Shown in pieces: positions 44,330 to 54,055 of a stretch of DNA of 64,000 nt. The translations under genes were made by a program, and so were the position numbers. Source of the DNA: Bryobacterales bacterium (lineage in GTDB: Bacteria; Acidobacteriota; Terriglobia; Bryobacterales; UBA6623); assembly GCA_965217195.1 (NCBI GenBank), contig CBDCHL010000005.1, forward strand, positions 180,118 to 244,117, in the 5' to 3' direction. Every line of letters starts with the position of its first letter. The stretch's first letter is position 1. The notes below the pieces were generated by a model. It worked only from the letters and a program-made list of their open reading frames with translations, searched no databases and was not told where the DNA came from.

Positions 44330-46429
44330 CTAGCGGGCCGCGGCGAGGTCGGGGAGAAAGTTTTCCATGACCCAGATGTCGGTTTTCAATTGGCCGGCGA
44401 CATAGGCGATGCGGTTGCCTTCGGGGTGAACGCGGACGCTGCCCCAGCGAAAGCCGGTGAGACCCAGTTTTTCCGGGGCGCCGCCGTTGACCGAGACTCG
44501 CCAGAGTTCAGGATTAGGCCGGCCGAGCTTGTTGTAGTAGAGATATCGGCCGTCGCCAGACCACTCCAAGCCACTGATGCCGACTTCTTCGTACGCCCCC
44601 TTGATTTCGAGTACCGTCTTGGGCGAACCGCCGGCGACCGGCATCACATACAAGACATTCGCAAGCTCACTACGACCGAAGGCGAGTTGAGACCCGTCGG
44701 GAGACAGCGCCAAGTTGCCGACCGGATGGTCTTCATCGCGGTACAACACTTGCTCTTCTCCGCTTTCGAGGTCTCGGACGCGAATCTCCGAGGCGTCGGT
44801 ACGGGGCCACAGGTTGCTGGTGTAGAAGATACGCTTGCCGTCGAGAGACCAGACGCCTATGGCGCCATAGCCGGGACGGTCGATCGGGATACGGTCGACC
44901 TCGCCGGTTTCAACGTCAAGTCGAGCGAGAACCCAGCGCTCCTTGTTGTCACGACCGGTCGCCAACAGCGACTTGCCGTCGGGGGCCCAGCGAAGGTGAT
45001 TCATCCTCGCATCGGTTCGGAATTCCCAACTCAGCACCCGGTCTCGGCCGGTCTCGAGTGAGAGAAGCACGAGGCTTGGGACGCCGAAGAGATCGTTGGA
45101 AACTCCCCTCATTGAAAAGTAGGCGAGCCGGCGGCCGTCCGGCGACCAAGCCGGCGAAACGTTGGCGCCCATAAACCGCCGGCTAGCCAATTTGGGATCG
45201 CCAACGGCCTTGCCGGTTTTGGGGTCGAGCGTCGCCAGGTAGATGTCTTTCATGCCTGAGGAAACGCCGTAGTAGAACGATCCGCTTGCCGTCAGTCCCA
45301 GCGGCTGAACTCCTCCCAAATTCCGTTTGATCAGTTGGGGAAGGCCGCTTGGTTTTCCGCCGCGCACGCCGATGAGCCAGGCGCTGAAATCCCCGGTACG
45401 GTTGCTTGCGAACAGCACCGAACTACTGTCGGGGGCCCATCCCAGCATTAAGTCCTCGCCGTCAAGGTCGACCAGCATCGTCTCGCGGCTGCCATCCGCG
45501 GCGAGGATGAAAATGTCGCGCTCGTTGTCGTCTCCGCGGGGTGGAAAATCGTAGGCGATGTACTTTCCGTCGGGTGAGATTCGTCCTTGCGGCCCGCTCC
45601 AACCGAAGGATTTCAGGACTCGGACGTCTCCGCTCTCAACAGAGACGAAAGCTAATTGCGAGGTGTTTTCTTTTGTCGCAAATACCGTGAGGATTTCTTT
45701 CCCGTCAGGTGTCCAGCTGATGGGATCCAAATAAGGCGTTTGATCGTTGGCGTAGACGATGACGGGTTCCGAGGGGCCGGGGCCGGGGCCGACCTCGACT
45801 ACTCGGAGGTCGTAGTGTCCCTCGGGACAGCAGAAGGAATAGGCAACGCGGTCGCCGCTCGGCGAAACCACGGATTTGTAGGCAAAGTGAACCGGCTCGT
45901 TCCACTTTCCATCGTCGGCCAGAAAGCGGTTTTCGCCCGTTTCGAGATCGTGGAGGGCAAGGTTCCCGGTTTCCCAGTGACTATAGGAAAGAAATGCGCC
46001 TTGGGGAGAGGGCCCGCCGTGGAAGTCGGCCTCGGATTCATTCCAGACTTGGCGCACAACGATGCCGGATCCTTCCCCGGCGCGGGCCTCCTCGGGACCG
46101 AAGTGCGGGCCGTTGCCGACCGAGATCAGCGAGAGCAGCAAGACCAGAGCAAAGGCGACGGAGGGTAGGGGCTTTCTCCAAGGCGGCGCCGGCGGACTCT
46201 TGGCGGTGGGGCTGCGGGAGTTGCGCCAAGCGTCGAGTTCGCTCGGGTAGGCGTAGACGGAACTCCGGGCATGATGGCGGTGACGATGGACCGGCAAGCC
46301 CTCGCTATCCTCCCAGCGCTTGGCCGTTCGGACGTTGCGTTGGAGGTAGTTGGCGATTTCCTTCCAAGATTCGAGGGGTTGCTCTTTCGTAGATTCCTTG
46401 TCGGTTTGAGGGTGGGGGTCGGAAGGCAT
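44330..46429 (-). CDS. HTH-TM-PD40/TolB-like beta-propeller protein, paralog 2
   Basis: LESWKEIANYLQRNVRTAKRWE..EGLPVHR, TM, PD40 repeats. Confidence 0.85.
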   Translation of the reverse strand: MPSDPHPQTDKESTKEQPLESWKEIANYLQRNVRTAKRWEDSEGLPVHRHRHHARSSVYAYPSELDAWRNSRSPTAKSPPAPPWRKPLPSVAFALVLLLSLISVGNGPHFGPEEARAGEGSGIVVRQVWNESEADFHGGPSPQGAFLSYSHWETGNLALHDLETGENRFLADDGKWNEPVHFAYKSVVSPSGDRVAYSFCCPEGHYDLRVVEVGPGPGPSEPVIVYANDQTPYLDPISWTPDGKEILTVFATKENTSQLAFVSVESGDVRVLKSFGWSGPQGRISPDGKYIAYDFPPRGDDNERDIFILAADGSRETMLVDLDGEDLMLGWAPDSSSVLFASNRTGDFSAWLIGVRGGKPSGLPQLIKRNLGGVQPLGLTASGSFYYGVSSGMKDIYLATLDPKTGKAVGDPKLASRRFMGANVSPAWSPDGRRLAYFSMRGVSNDLFGVPSLVLLSLETGRDRVLSWEFRTDARMNHLRWAPDGKSLLATGRDNKERWVLARLDVETGEVDRIPIDRPGYGAIGVWSLDGKRIFYTSNLWPRTDASEIRVRDLESGEEQVLYRDEDHPVGNLALSPDGSQLAFGRSELANVLYVMPVAGGSPKTVLEIKGAYEEVGISGLEWSGDGRYLYYNKLGRPNPELWRVSVNGGAPEKLGLTGFRWGSVRVHPEGNRIAYVAGQLKTDIWVMENFLPDLAAAR

Positions 46430-46629
46430 TGTGCTCGCTCCTATTCGAAAGGGGGTCGGACAGGTGAAATATCGGTCTGCAAGGACGATCGTAAGTCGGT
46501 TTTGGGATAAGCGCAAGCGCCATGTGGGGACAGGAGGGCAATGGCACCAAATGCCCGATGTGGGGGCTGCTTTTTTGGGGTTGGGGGGGCTCGGGTGAGG
46601 TGATTTATAGAGGCCGAATTGCTGTAAAG

Positions 46630-46686
46630 GAAGACACGGCGGCATGAATGCCGCCGCGGCTCGCCTGGAGGCGCGCGCCACGTCGG
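46630..46686 (-). repeat. GTGG-foot REP element (direct repeat of 41790-41845)
   Basis: gaagacacggcggcatgaatgccgccgcggctcgcctggaggcgcgcgccacgtcgg. Confidence 0.75.
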
Positions 46687-46717
46687 AGGGCGCGACGTCC
46701 GTGGGCGCGAGGTCGGT

Positions 46718-47473
46718 TTAGTAGGTGGCGCGGCCGCCGCTAACGTCGTAGACTTGGCCGGTTACGAACGAGCAGTCGGGGCTTGCTAGGAAATGCACGA
46801 CGGCGGCGACTTCTTCTATGGTGCCGGTGCGGCCGCGCGGGATGCGGGAGGTCATGTACTCGACTTGGTCGGTAGTGAGTTGGTCGAGGATCGGCGTGCG
46901 AATCACGGTGGGAGTGACGGCGTTGACGCAAATATTCAGCGTCGCGACCTCTTTTGCAATGGACTTCGACATTGCGATCACTCCGCCCTTTGACGCCGAA
47001 TAGGCCGTCATGTTGGGGTTGCCTTCCTTGCCCGCCAGCGAGGCGATATTTACCACACGGCCGTAGTCACGCTCACGCATGTGCGGCATCACCGCGCGGC
47101 AGCACCGGAACACGCCACTTAGATTGACGCGGATGACGCTTTCCCAATCTTCGTCGGTTTGCTCCCAGACCGGCGCGGCGCGGCCCGCGATACCGGCGTT
47201 GTTCACGAGGATGTCGATCTTACCGTCGCGGTCAAGAACGGTCTTAACGGCGGCTTCGACCGAAGCATTATCAGAGACGTTCAGCGAGACGGCGTGAGCT
47301 TTTCCGCCATCAGCGGCCAGCTTGGCGGCAACTGCCCCGGCCTTGTCGAGCGCCAGGTCGGCTACGACCACTTCGGCGCCCGCGCGGGCGAGGCGAGAAG
47401 CAATGCCCTCCCCTATACCCTGGGCGGCGCCGGTGATGAGAGCGGTGTGTCCGGAAAGATCGAAGTTCATCAT
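46718..47473 (-). CDS. SDR family oxidoreductase
   Basis: TGAAQGIG, NNAGI, YSASK, VTGQVYDVSGG. Confidence 0.93.
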   Translation of the reverse strand: MMNFDLSGHTALITGAAQGIGEGIASRLARAGAEVVVADLALDKAGAVAAKLAADGGKAHAVSLNVSDNASVEAAVKTVLDRDGKIDILVNNAGIAGRAAPVWEQTDEDWESVIRVNLSGVFRCCRAVMPHMRERDYGRVVNIASLAGKEGNPNMTAYSASKGGVIAMSKSIAKEVATLNICVNAVTPTVIRTPILDQLTTDQVEYMTSRIPRGRTGTIEEVAAVVHFLASPDCSFVTGQVYDVSGGRATY

Positions 47474-48123
47474 TCGACCCGGTCTTCGCCGGAGTCGTCT
47501 TCGGACGCGTTCGCTTCAGGGGTATCGGCTTCAGCGGTTTCGGCCGCGGCTTCTTCGCTCGGCACTTCGGCCTGTTCAGACTCGGCCGCCTCGGCGGTTT
47601 CCTGAGCGGAAGCTTGCGGGGTTTCCGGCGCCTCCCCTGCGGCGGATTCGTCCCCTTCCTCGGCTTCGTGTTCCCGCCCTTCAGCAAGAACCCGAACGGT
47701 CATCGGCAGGTCGATGTCTCGGTGCAGATGCACTTTGACGTCATGTTCCCCCACCATGCGTATCGGCCGATCGATCAGAATCTTGTGGCGATCCACCGTA
47801 TAACCGAGTTTTTCGATTTCAGCCGCGATGTCACGCGAGGTCACCGAACCGAACAATTGGTCCGCGTCGCCGGCGCGGGCGACAATCCGAATCGTGAGTC
47901 CGGAGAGAACCTCGGCCAATTTTTCGGCGTCTCCCCGCAGGTTCGCGGCCTCGCGGTCGGCCGCTGTCCGCATTTGGTCAATCTGGGTCTTGTTGGTCGC
48001 GGTCGCCGGAATAGCGAGCTGCTTCGGGAACAGATAGTTGCGGGCGTACCCCGGTGCAACGCGAACGACATCGCCCTTCGAACCCAGCTTCAAAACCTCA
48101 TCAGTCAGGATGACTTCCACCAT
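47470..48123 (-). CDS. rplI: 50S ribosomal protein L9 with acidic tail
   Basis: LGSKGDVVRVAPGYARNYLFP, LFGSVT. Confidence 0.97.
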   Translation of the reverse strand: MVEVILTDEVLKLGSKGDVVRVAPGYARNYLFPKQLAIPATATNKTQIDQMRTAADREAANLRGDAEKLAEVLSGLTIRIVARAGDADQLFGSVTSRDIAAEIEKLGYTVDRHKILIDRPIRMVGEHDVKVHLHRDIDLPMTVRVLAEGREHEAEEGDESAAGEAPETPQASAQETAEAAESEQAEVPSEEAAAETAEADTPEANASEDDSGEDRVE

Positions 48124-48136
48124 CGTTGTCGGCTCC

Positions 48137-48871
48137 TTATTCGCTCGGCGCCTTGGCGACTTCCACTTTCGGGCCGGTTACCGAATCACGATCGCCGGCA
48201 AACGGCAGCAAGGCGATGTTGCGCGCCCGCTTGATGGCGATCTTGAGCTTCCGTTGATGCATAGCACTGAGGCCCGTATGCCGTCGCGGCAAAATCTTGC
48301 CGCGATCGCCGATAAACTGCTTCAACATCTGCGCGTCTTTATAGTTGATGTGGTCGATCTTGTTGACACTGAAGTAGTCAACTTTCTTGCGGCGATAGAA
48401 ACGACGGCCGCCGGGACGTCCTCCGCGCGGGCGGTCGCGGGGGCCGCGGTCACCGCGGGGCGGGGGGCGGTCGCCGCCGCGCGCCCCACCTTGAGGCCGG
48501 GAGGCGCCGGCCGCTGGAGCGTCGGCCTTCTTTTCAGTCGCTGCCGCAGCTGCCACGGGCTTTGCTGCGGTCGCGGCGGTTGCGGCATCCAGCTTCGCTT
48601 CCGTCGCGGCGGGCTTTACTTCGGCCGCGGCGGTTGCGGCATCCGGCTTCGCTTCCGTCGCGGCGGGCGTTGCCGCGGGCTCTACTTCGGTCGCGGCGGT
48701 TGCGGCATCCGGCTTCGCTTCCGTCGCGGCGGGCGTTGCCGCGGGCTCTACTTCGGTCGCGGCGGTTGCGGCATCCGGCTTCGCTTCCGTCGCGGCGATT
48801 GCGGCATCCGGCTTGGCCTCGGTTGGATCGGCATTCGCTTTGGTTTCAGGGGCGTTTTCTTGTTCAGGCAT
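48137..48871 (-). CDS. rpsR: 30S ribosomal protein S18 with long repetitive N-terminal extension
   Basis: [35 protein letters not shown]; lies between rpsF and rplI. Confidence 0.95.
   Translation of the reverse strand: MPEQENAPETKANADPTEAKPDAAIAATEAKPDAATAATEVEPAATPAATEAKPDAATAATEVEPAATPAATEAKPDAATAAAEVKPAATEAKLDAATAATAAKPVAAAAATEKKADAPAAGASRPQGGARGGDRPPPRGDRGPRDRPRGGRPGGRRFYRRKKVDYFSVNKIDHINYKDAQMLKQFIGDRGKILPRRHTGLSAMHQRKLKIAIKRARNIALLPFAGDRDSVTGPKVEVAKAPSE
48560..48815 (-). repeat. In-frame 66-bp tandem repeat ([22 protein letters not shown]) plus shorter variants
   Basis: Two exact 66-bp units starting at 48631 and 48697, with partial units on both sides. Confidence 0.9.
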
Positions 48872-48892
48872 GATTCCTCCGTGGATTCCGCT

Positions 48893-49321
48893 CTACGTTG
48901 CCGGCTGCGCGGGCTTTGCGGGCGCGGCGGGCCTTGCGCGGTCCATCGGTCCCGACCTCTCGTCCCGAGTGCCTTTCTTGGCCGCTCGTTGTTCTCGTTT
49001 CGCGCGAAGCTTCTCCACCCGTTTCAAGTCTTCATCAATTCGCACCGTCATGTACTTGATAACAGTGTCAGTCACCTTGAGCCGCCGTTCAATTTCCTTC
49101 GAGAGACCGGCGTTGGATTCCACGGAGTATTGAACCAGTATGTAGTGCCCTTCGTTGTACCGTTTCACGCTGTAGGCAAGTCTGCGCTTTCCCCACCGCT
49201 CGACCTTGTCGACGGTTCCGTGCCCTTCCGTAATTGTTGTGGTGACTTGGTCTAGGGTAGCGTCAATCTCTTCGTCCGGAGCCTCCGGACGGACTATGAA
49301 TATCGTTTCGTAGATTCTCAT
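48893..49321 (-). CDS. rpsF: 30S ribosomal protein S6
   Basis: MRIYETIFIVRP, WGKRRLAY. Confidence 0.97.
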   Translation of the reverse strand: MRIYETIFIVRPEAPDEEIDATLDQVTTTITEGHGTVDKVERWGKRRLAYSVKRYNEGHYILVQYSVESNAGLSKEIERRLKVTDTVIKYMTVRIDEDLKRVEKLRAKREQRAAKKGTRDERSGPMDRARPAAPAKPAQPAT

Positions 49322-49932
49322 TTCGCTTCTTGCTCTCCATCGGCGCGACGGTTGATTTCCGTCATGGCCTTAGCGGCGCCGTCGGATAAATACAGTCGAA
49401 CCGCCTCGGCGGCTCGATCAAGAAACTCATCCAACTGCTCTCTCTGTTCCCTTCCAAACGGACGCAGAACAAAGTCCGCGCCGTCTCCGTACGGTCGGCC
49501 TGGATCGATCCCCAGCCGCAACCGAGGGAACTCGTTGGTTCCCAGTTTGTCGATCACCGAGGCCACGCCTTTGTGGCCGCCGGCCGACCCTTGCAATCGC
49601 AACCGCAGGGTGTCCCACGGCAGCGCCAAATCGTCAAAGATGATCAGCGTGCCGCCCGGCTCGACCTCGTAGCGACTCAGCAACGCTCTTACCGGCCCGC
49701 CGCTGAGATTCATGAAAGACAGCGGTTTGGCCAGCACAACAGGCAGCCCGGTAACTTCTCCCCGGCCGACCAAACTGTTTTCCTCCGGCCGCGTAACTCG
49801 GATACCACTTTCCGAAGCCAGGCGGTCAATCGTCAAAAAACCCAAGTTATGCGGCGTCGACTGATATTCCGGCCCCGGGTTCCCAAGCCCGACGATCAAC
49901 AACGGCGCACCGTGATCGGATCCCTTCGGCAT
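49318..49932 (-). CDS. pth: Peptidyl-tRNA hydrolase
   Basis: IVGLGNPG, TPHNLGF, KPLSFMNLSG, GSAGGHKG, RLRLGI. Confidence 0.96.
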   Translation of the reverse strand: MPKGSDHGAPLLIVGLGNPGPEYQSTPHNLGFLTIDRLASESGIRVTRPEENSLVGRGEVTGLPVVLAKPLSFMNLSGGPVRALLSRYEVEPGGTLIIFDDLALPWDTLRLRLQGSAGGHKGVASVIDKLGTNEFPRLRLGIDPGRPYGDGADFVLRPFGREQREQLDEFLDRAAEAVRLYLSDGAAKAMTEINRRADGEQEAK

Positions 49933-49999
49933 CGAGTCCACAATACGCCGGCACGGATCTCCGAGAATGCGGTCGTCTGTCCGGTCGCGGTACCGACAG

Positions 50000-50674
50000 C
50001 TATTCGGTCTTGGCCTCTTCGGTGGGCTGCTCCGCGGCGCCTTCCGCCGCGCCTTCGCCCTCGACCTCGACGCCCTCGACGGCCTCCTCTTCCTCGGTTT
50101 CCTCCTTCTCGACTTTCGGCGCAACGACGTGCACGACCACACGCTCGGGACGGCTCAAATAGCTATAGGCCTCCGATTCGGGCAGATCACTCACTCGAAT
50201 CGCCTCGCCAATGTGCAGTTCCGTAATGTCGATTTCAATCGCCGAGGGAACCTCGAGAGGTAGGCATTCGATCTCCACCTGGCGACTGATCTGCTCCACC
50301 AAACCGGCCTGTTCCCTAACACCGACCGCGAGGCCGGCCGTAACCACCGGCACGCGGGCATGAACTTTCTTCGTCAAATCGAGCCTCTGCATATCGACGT
50401 GCAGCAGAGTTCCCTTCACCGGATCAACTTGCCAATCCACCGCCAAGGCGGGAGACTGCTCGCTGCCGTCGACCTTGAGGTTCAAAATAGTGTTGTGTCC
50501 TGACGGCGACTTGAGAAGCGTCGTCATTTTCTTGCTGTCCACGGCGACGGAGACCGCTTCCTGACCCAAACCGTATAGCACGCCGGGTACTTCCCCCCGC
50601 ATGCGCAGGCGTCGCGCCGCATTCTTGCCGCGCTCGTCGCGGACGCTTACTTCGAAATCCAGTTGATCCTGCAA
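50000..50674 (-). CDS. rplY: 50S ribosomal protein L25/Ctc
   Basis: GKNAARRLR, VPGVLYG, LHVDM, acidic tail. Confidence 0.95.
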   Translation of the reverse strand: MQDQLDFEVSVRDERGKNAARRLRMRGEVPGVLYGLGQEAVSVAVDSKKMTTLLKSPSGHNTILNLKVDGSEQSPALAVDWQVDPVKGTLLHVDMQRLDLTKKVHARVPVVTAGLAVGVREQAGLVEQISRQVEIECLPLEVPSAIEIDITELHIGEAIRVSDLPESEAYSYLSRPERVVVHVVAPKVEKEETEEEEAVEGVEVEGEGAAEGAAEQPTEEAKTE

Positions 50675-50756
50675 AATCTCCTCCCGGAGTCTCGCGCCCG
50701 AAGTTTCCTAAGCGGTTGGCCGGCGCGCATTTCTGGCGCTTGCCCCTGCGCTTGGA

Positions 50757-51728
50757 TTAGAGGAATAGCCGGCTTACCGATGTCTCCTCGTAAATCGATT
50801 CGATCGCGCCGGCCAGCATGGGAGCAACGCTGAGCTGGTGCATCTTCCCGCAAGCCGCCGCCCTCGGCGACAAAGGGATGGAATCGCTCACTACAAGCTC
50901 GGCAAGCTCTGATGCCTCAATATGATCCAGTGCCTCGCCTGACAGCACGGGATGCGTGCAACAGGCATACACCCCCAGCGCGCCCTGCTCACGCAGAGCG
51001 GCTACTCCTTTCACTAGTGTACCTGCCGTATCCACCAAGTCGTCAACAATCAAGCAGGTTCTTCCCTTGACGTCCCCGATGACATGCATCACTTCCGCGA
51101 CATTGGCTTGGTCGCGACGCTTGTCGATGATCGCCAAGGGTGCGGCCAGCCTTTTTCCGAAAGCCCGCGCCCGTTCGACACCCCCCGCGTCGGGTGAGAC
51201 GACCGTCAGATCGGGCAACTCCAGTTTCTTCAGATACTTCACCATTACCGGAGCGGCAAATAGATGGTCAACAGGAATGTCGAAGAAGCCTTGTATCTGG
51301 CCCGCGTGGAGATCGAGCGACAGAACCCGATCGGCACCCGCGGTGACGATCATACTCGCCACCAGTTTTGCCGAAATCGGGACCCGCGGCCTGTCTTTGC
51401 GGTCTTGACGCGAATACCCGTAATAGGGCATCACGGCGGTAATGCGTTTCGCCGAGGCCCGCCGCAGCGCGTCGGTCATCAGCAACAGTTCCATCAAATT
51501 GCGATCGACCGGCGTGCAGGTCGGCTGGACAACAAATACATCCATGCCGCGGACGTTCTCCTTCACCTGAAGGTAGATCTCGCCGTCCGAAAACGTTTTG
51601 ATCGAGCAATCCCCGAGTGGCACCCCAAGCTCCCGGCAAATGCTGTCGCTCAACGCCGGGTTCGCGGTACCGGTAAAAACGCGCAGCCGGTTGAGCGGCT
51701 TTTCTCGCACGGGTTGGGGTGATGCCAT
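50757..51728 (-). CDS. prs: Ribose-phosphate pyrophosphokinase
   Basis: [43 protein letters not shown]. Confidence 0.97.
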   Translation of the reverse strand: MASPQPVREKPLNRLRVFTGTANPALSDSICRELGVPLGDCSIKTFSDGEIYLQVKENVRGMDVFVVQPTCTPVDRNLMELLLMTDALRRASAKRITAVMPYYGYSRQDRKDRPRVPISAKLVASMIVTAGADRVLSLDLHAGQIQGFFDIPVDHLFAAPVMVKYLKKLELPDLTVVSPDAGGVERARAFGKRLAAPLAIIDKRRDQANVAEVMHVIGDVKGRTCLIVDDLVDTAGTLVKGVAALREQGALGVYACCTHPVLSGEALDHIEASELAELVVSDSIPLSPRAAACGKMHQLSVAPMLAGAIESIYEETSVSRLFL

Positions 51729-51737
51729 GATGCTGAC

Positions 51738-52670
51738 TTAGTGATCGCGCCGCCAAATCGAGCGGTAGGACCGCCGATCCAGCGTCTTGACGACGTAGGT
51801 CTCACCCGGGAATGCGCCTAGGGATTTTCGAGCTTCGCCGGCAGCCTTGCGGTCGGCGAAAATACCGAACAGAGCCGACCCGCTTCCCGACAGCGATGCC
51901 GTCGACGCCCCCGCCCGAAGAAGGCGCTGCTTCCATTTCCGCAGCTCGGGATGAGCCTTGAAAATGACGGATTCGAAGTCGTTCGGTGGTAGTTTAGCGG
52001 CGCTTGACGCTAGGACGCCCTCAGGCCCGGAAATATTGGCGCAGAAACCACCTATGATATGTTGCCGCCGCTCGGCTGTCAATTCTGAACGTTTTTCGGC
52101 GCGGCTTTCCGCCAGATTCCGGTAGGCTTCGGCGGTAGAAATCGCCCTATCAGGAGCAAGAAGAACCAGCCAACGCTTCGGCGCGTCGGGCAGCGGATAA
52201 ATCTCTTCTCCCCGACCCACGCCGACGGCGGCGCCGCCCAGCAAAAAAAATGGTGCATCACTGCCAATTTGGGAAGCGATGTCGTACAGCATTGCGACAG
52301 TCGGCGCCGGCCGTAGCAAGAGTCTGAGCGCCGCAAGGACGGCAGCGGCGTCACTGGAACCTCCGCCCAGGCCCGCACCGGCGGGAATCCGCTTTTCCAG
52401 GACAATCCGCACCCGGCCCTGATACTTCCCCGCCTTCAGCAGCGTGGTGGCCGTTTGAGCGGCCAAATTCTTGGGCCCGGCAAGCTCGGCAACGTTGCAA
52501 TCGAGCGATACTTCACCGTCGCCCTGCCGGGTGTAGGCGACCGAGAGGCGATCGGCTAAAGAAATCGTTTGGAAGACGGTTCGCAGTTCGTGGTAACCGT
52601 CGTCGCGCCGGCCCAGGATTCGCAGTCCAAGGTTGATCTTCGCCGGCGCCGACCCGCTGAGAGTGGGCAT
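51738..52670 (-). CDS. ispE: 4-diphosphocytidyl-2-C-methyl-D-erythritol kinase
   Basis: APAKINLGL, RDDGYHEL, KRIPAGAGLGGGSSDAA, LSGSGS. Confidence 0.96.
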   Translation of the reverse strand: MPTLSGSAPAKINLGLRILGRRDDGYHELRTVFQTISLADRLSVAYTRQGDGEVSLDCNVAELAGPKNLAAQTATTLLKAGKYQGRVRIVLEKRIPAGAGLGGGSSDAAAVLAALRLLLRPAPTVAMLYDIASQIGSDAPFFLLGGAAVGVGRGEEIYPLPDAPKRWLVLLAPDRAISTAEAYRNLAESRAEKRSELTAERRQHIIGGFCANISGPEGVLASSAAKLPPNDFESVIFKAHPELRKWKQRLLRAGASTASLSGSGSALFGIFADRKAAGEARKSLGAFPGETYVVKTLDRRSYRSIWRRDH

Positions 52671-52672
52671 GC

Positions 52673-53194
52673 TTACTCGTTGTACTGGAGCAGCGAGAAC
52701 ACATCCCGATCGGGTAGTTTGTCGCGGCCGTTCAAGAATGTCAGTTCCACGATGAACACTAGTCCCGCTACCACCCCGCCGAGCTTCTCGACGAGCTCGC
52801 AGGTCGCCGCCGCCGTGCCGCCGGTGGCCAATAAATCGTCCACGATCAAGACGAGCTCGCCGGGCTCAACGGCGTCCTTGTGCATATGAAGACTATCTTG
52901 TCCGTATTCGAGATCGTAAGTAACGTCGACGGTCTCGGCGGGCAGCTTTCCCGGTTTGCGCACCGGAATAAAGCCGGTCCCGAGCCGGGCGGCCAACATC
53001 GGCCCGAAGACGAAGCCCCGCGCTTCAATGCCGAGGACGACATCGGGGCGAAGGTCTTCACAACAACGCACCATTTCGTCCGAGAGTATCCGTAACCCGT
53101 CCGGGTCTTTCAGCAGAGTCGTAATGTCGTAGAACAAGATCCCGGGCTTCGGAAAATCGGGGACCTCGCGGATGAGTTTCTTAAGTTGATCCAT
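52673..53194 (-). CDS. apt: Adenine phosphoribosyltransferase
   Basis: [36 protein letters not shown]. Confidence 0.97.
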   Translation of the reverse strand: MDQLKKLIREVPDFPKPGILFYDITTLLKDPDGLRILSDEMVRCCEDLRPDVVLGIEARGFVFGPMLAARLGTGFIPVRKPGKLPAETVDVTYDLEYGQDSLHMHKDAVEPGELVLIVDDLLATGGTAAATCELVEKLGGVVAGLVFIVELTFLNGRDKLPDRDVFSLLQYNE

Positions 53195-53222
53195 GAGAGT
53201 ACTGTGAGACGCCGGAGGGATT

Positions 53223-53510
53223 CTAATACTCGATTGTAAACGCCTGCCGGGGCTCGACGGCAGCCTCCGATTCTTCCACGGTGTCCACGCGTCCCCAGGG
53301 CGGCCCCGCCGCCAACTGCTTTTCGAGCCTTCGGAGCTTGTCGGATGCACCGACCGCGTACACTTCCACCGAGCCGTCAAAGCGGTTCTTGACATAGCCT
53401 GCCAAGCCGAGGTCCGTCGCTGCGTGCTCGACGAAGAAGCGAAAACCAACGCCCTGTACTCGTCCCCGTACGACATAGAACCGAGCTTCCGGCTGGTGGC
53501 TCCGACCCAT
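53223..53510 (-). CDS. acyP: Acylphosphatase
   Basis: [22 protein letters not shown]. Confidence 0.93.
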   Translation of the reverse strand: MGRSHQPEARFYVVRGRVQGVGFRFFVEHAATDLGLAGYVKNRFDGSVEVYAVGASDKLRRLEKQLAAGPPWGRVDTVEESEAAVEPRQAFTIEY

Positions 53511-53680
53511 CCAGGAAATCCTTACACGAAGCCTGCACAAATTTCCAGTTGATTTCCCTCATAGAGGATGGCGGGGGGAGGTAAGTCCCTCTGATTCAAT
53601 AGGCTGCCGTTTGGCGGCCGAGGTGCAAAGTGAGCTGCGGTCGAGCCCTCGATCTCAAGCTCGATCTCAAGGATGCCCTC

Positions 53681-53896
53681 ATGGCACAATCCGGCCTCGT
53701 AATCGTAATCCTTATTGTCTCGTTCAGCTTCGCTCTCGCTCTGGAGTGGGCATTGCTTCGAACCATTATTCGATCAATGGCTCAAGCATCTTCGAACACA
53801 ACCCCTTCGAGACAGCGGCCGCGGCCGGTCGGGGCAAGGCCTGCCCAACTCGCCGCCAAGCGGACATGGCTTTCTATTCAGGGTGGGGACCGCTGA
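53681..53896 (+). CDS. Small hypothetical membrane protein
   Basis: aagga SD-like sequence upstream; N-terminal hydrophobic helix. Confidence 0.45.
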   Translation: MAQSGLVIVILIVSFSFALALEWALLRTIIRSMAQASSNTTPSRQRPRPVGARPAQLAAKRTWLSIQGGDR

Positions 53897-54055
53897 GTTG
53901 TCGAGTCGTGGGCTCTGGCGACAGCTAATCCCGCCGCAGGCCGATATTGAGACGGACCTTGATCGAATCTATCGCGACGCCGGCCGGCGAGAGGATCGGT
54001 GTTAGGATGGAAGCAATCCGACAAACCGGTCGTCCGCTCCTCCCCCGAGGCAATC

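Noticed and set aside
48560-48815. CRISPR-like periodic repeats
   Set aside because: In-frame coding tandem repeats with no unique spacers and no cas genes
48038-49255. 405-aa plus-strand ORF and other long antisense ORFs (e.g. 23327-24292, 27454-28374, 56593-57582)
   Set aside because: Shadow ORFs opposite well-supported genes, expected in GC-rich DNA
51729-51737. tRNA-Gln, often found between ispE and prs
   Set aside because: Only 9 bp separate the genes; ssb is likewise absent between rpsF and rpsR
53648-53671. 12-bp tandem duplication ctcgatctcaag
   Set aside because: Single short duplication; no function can be supported
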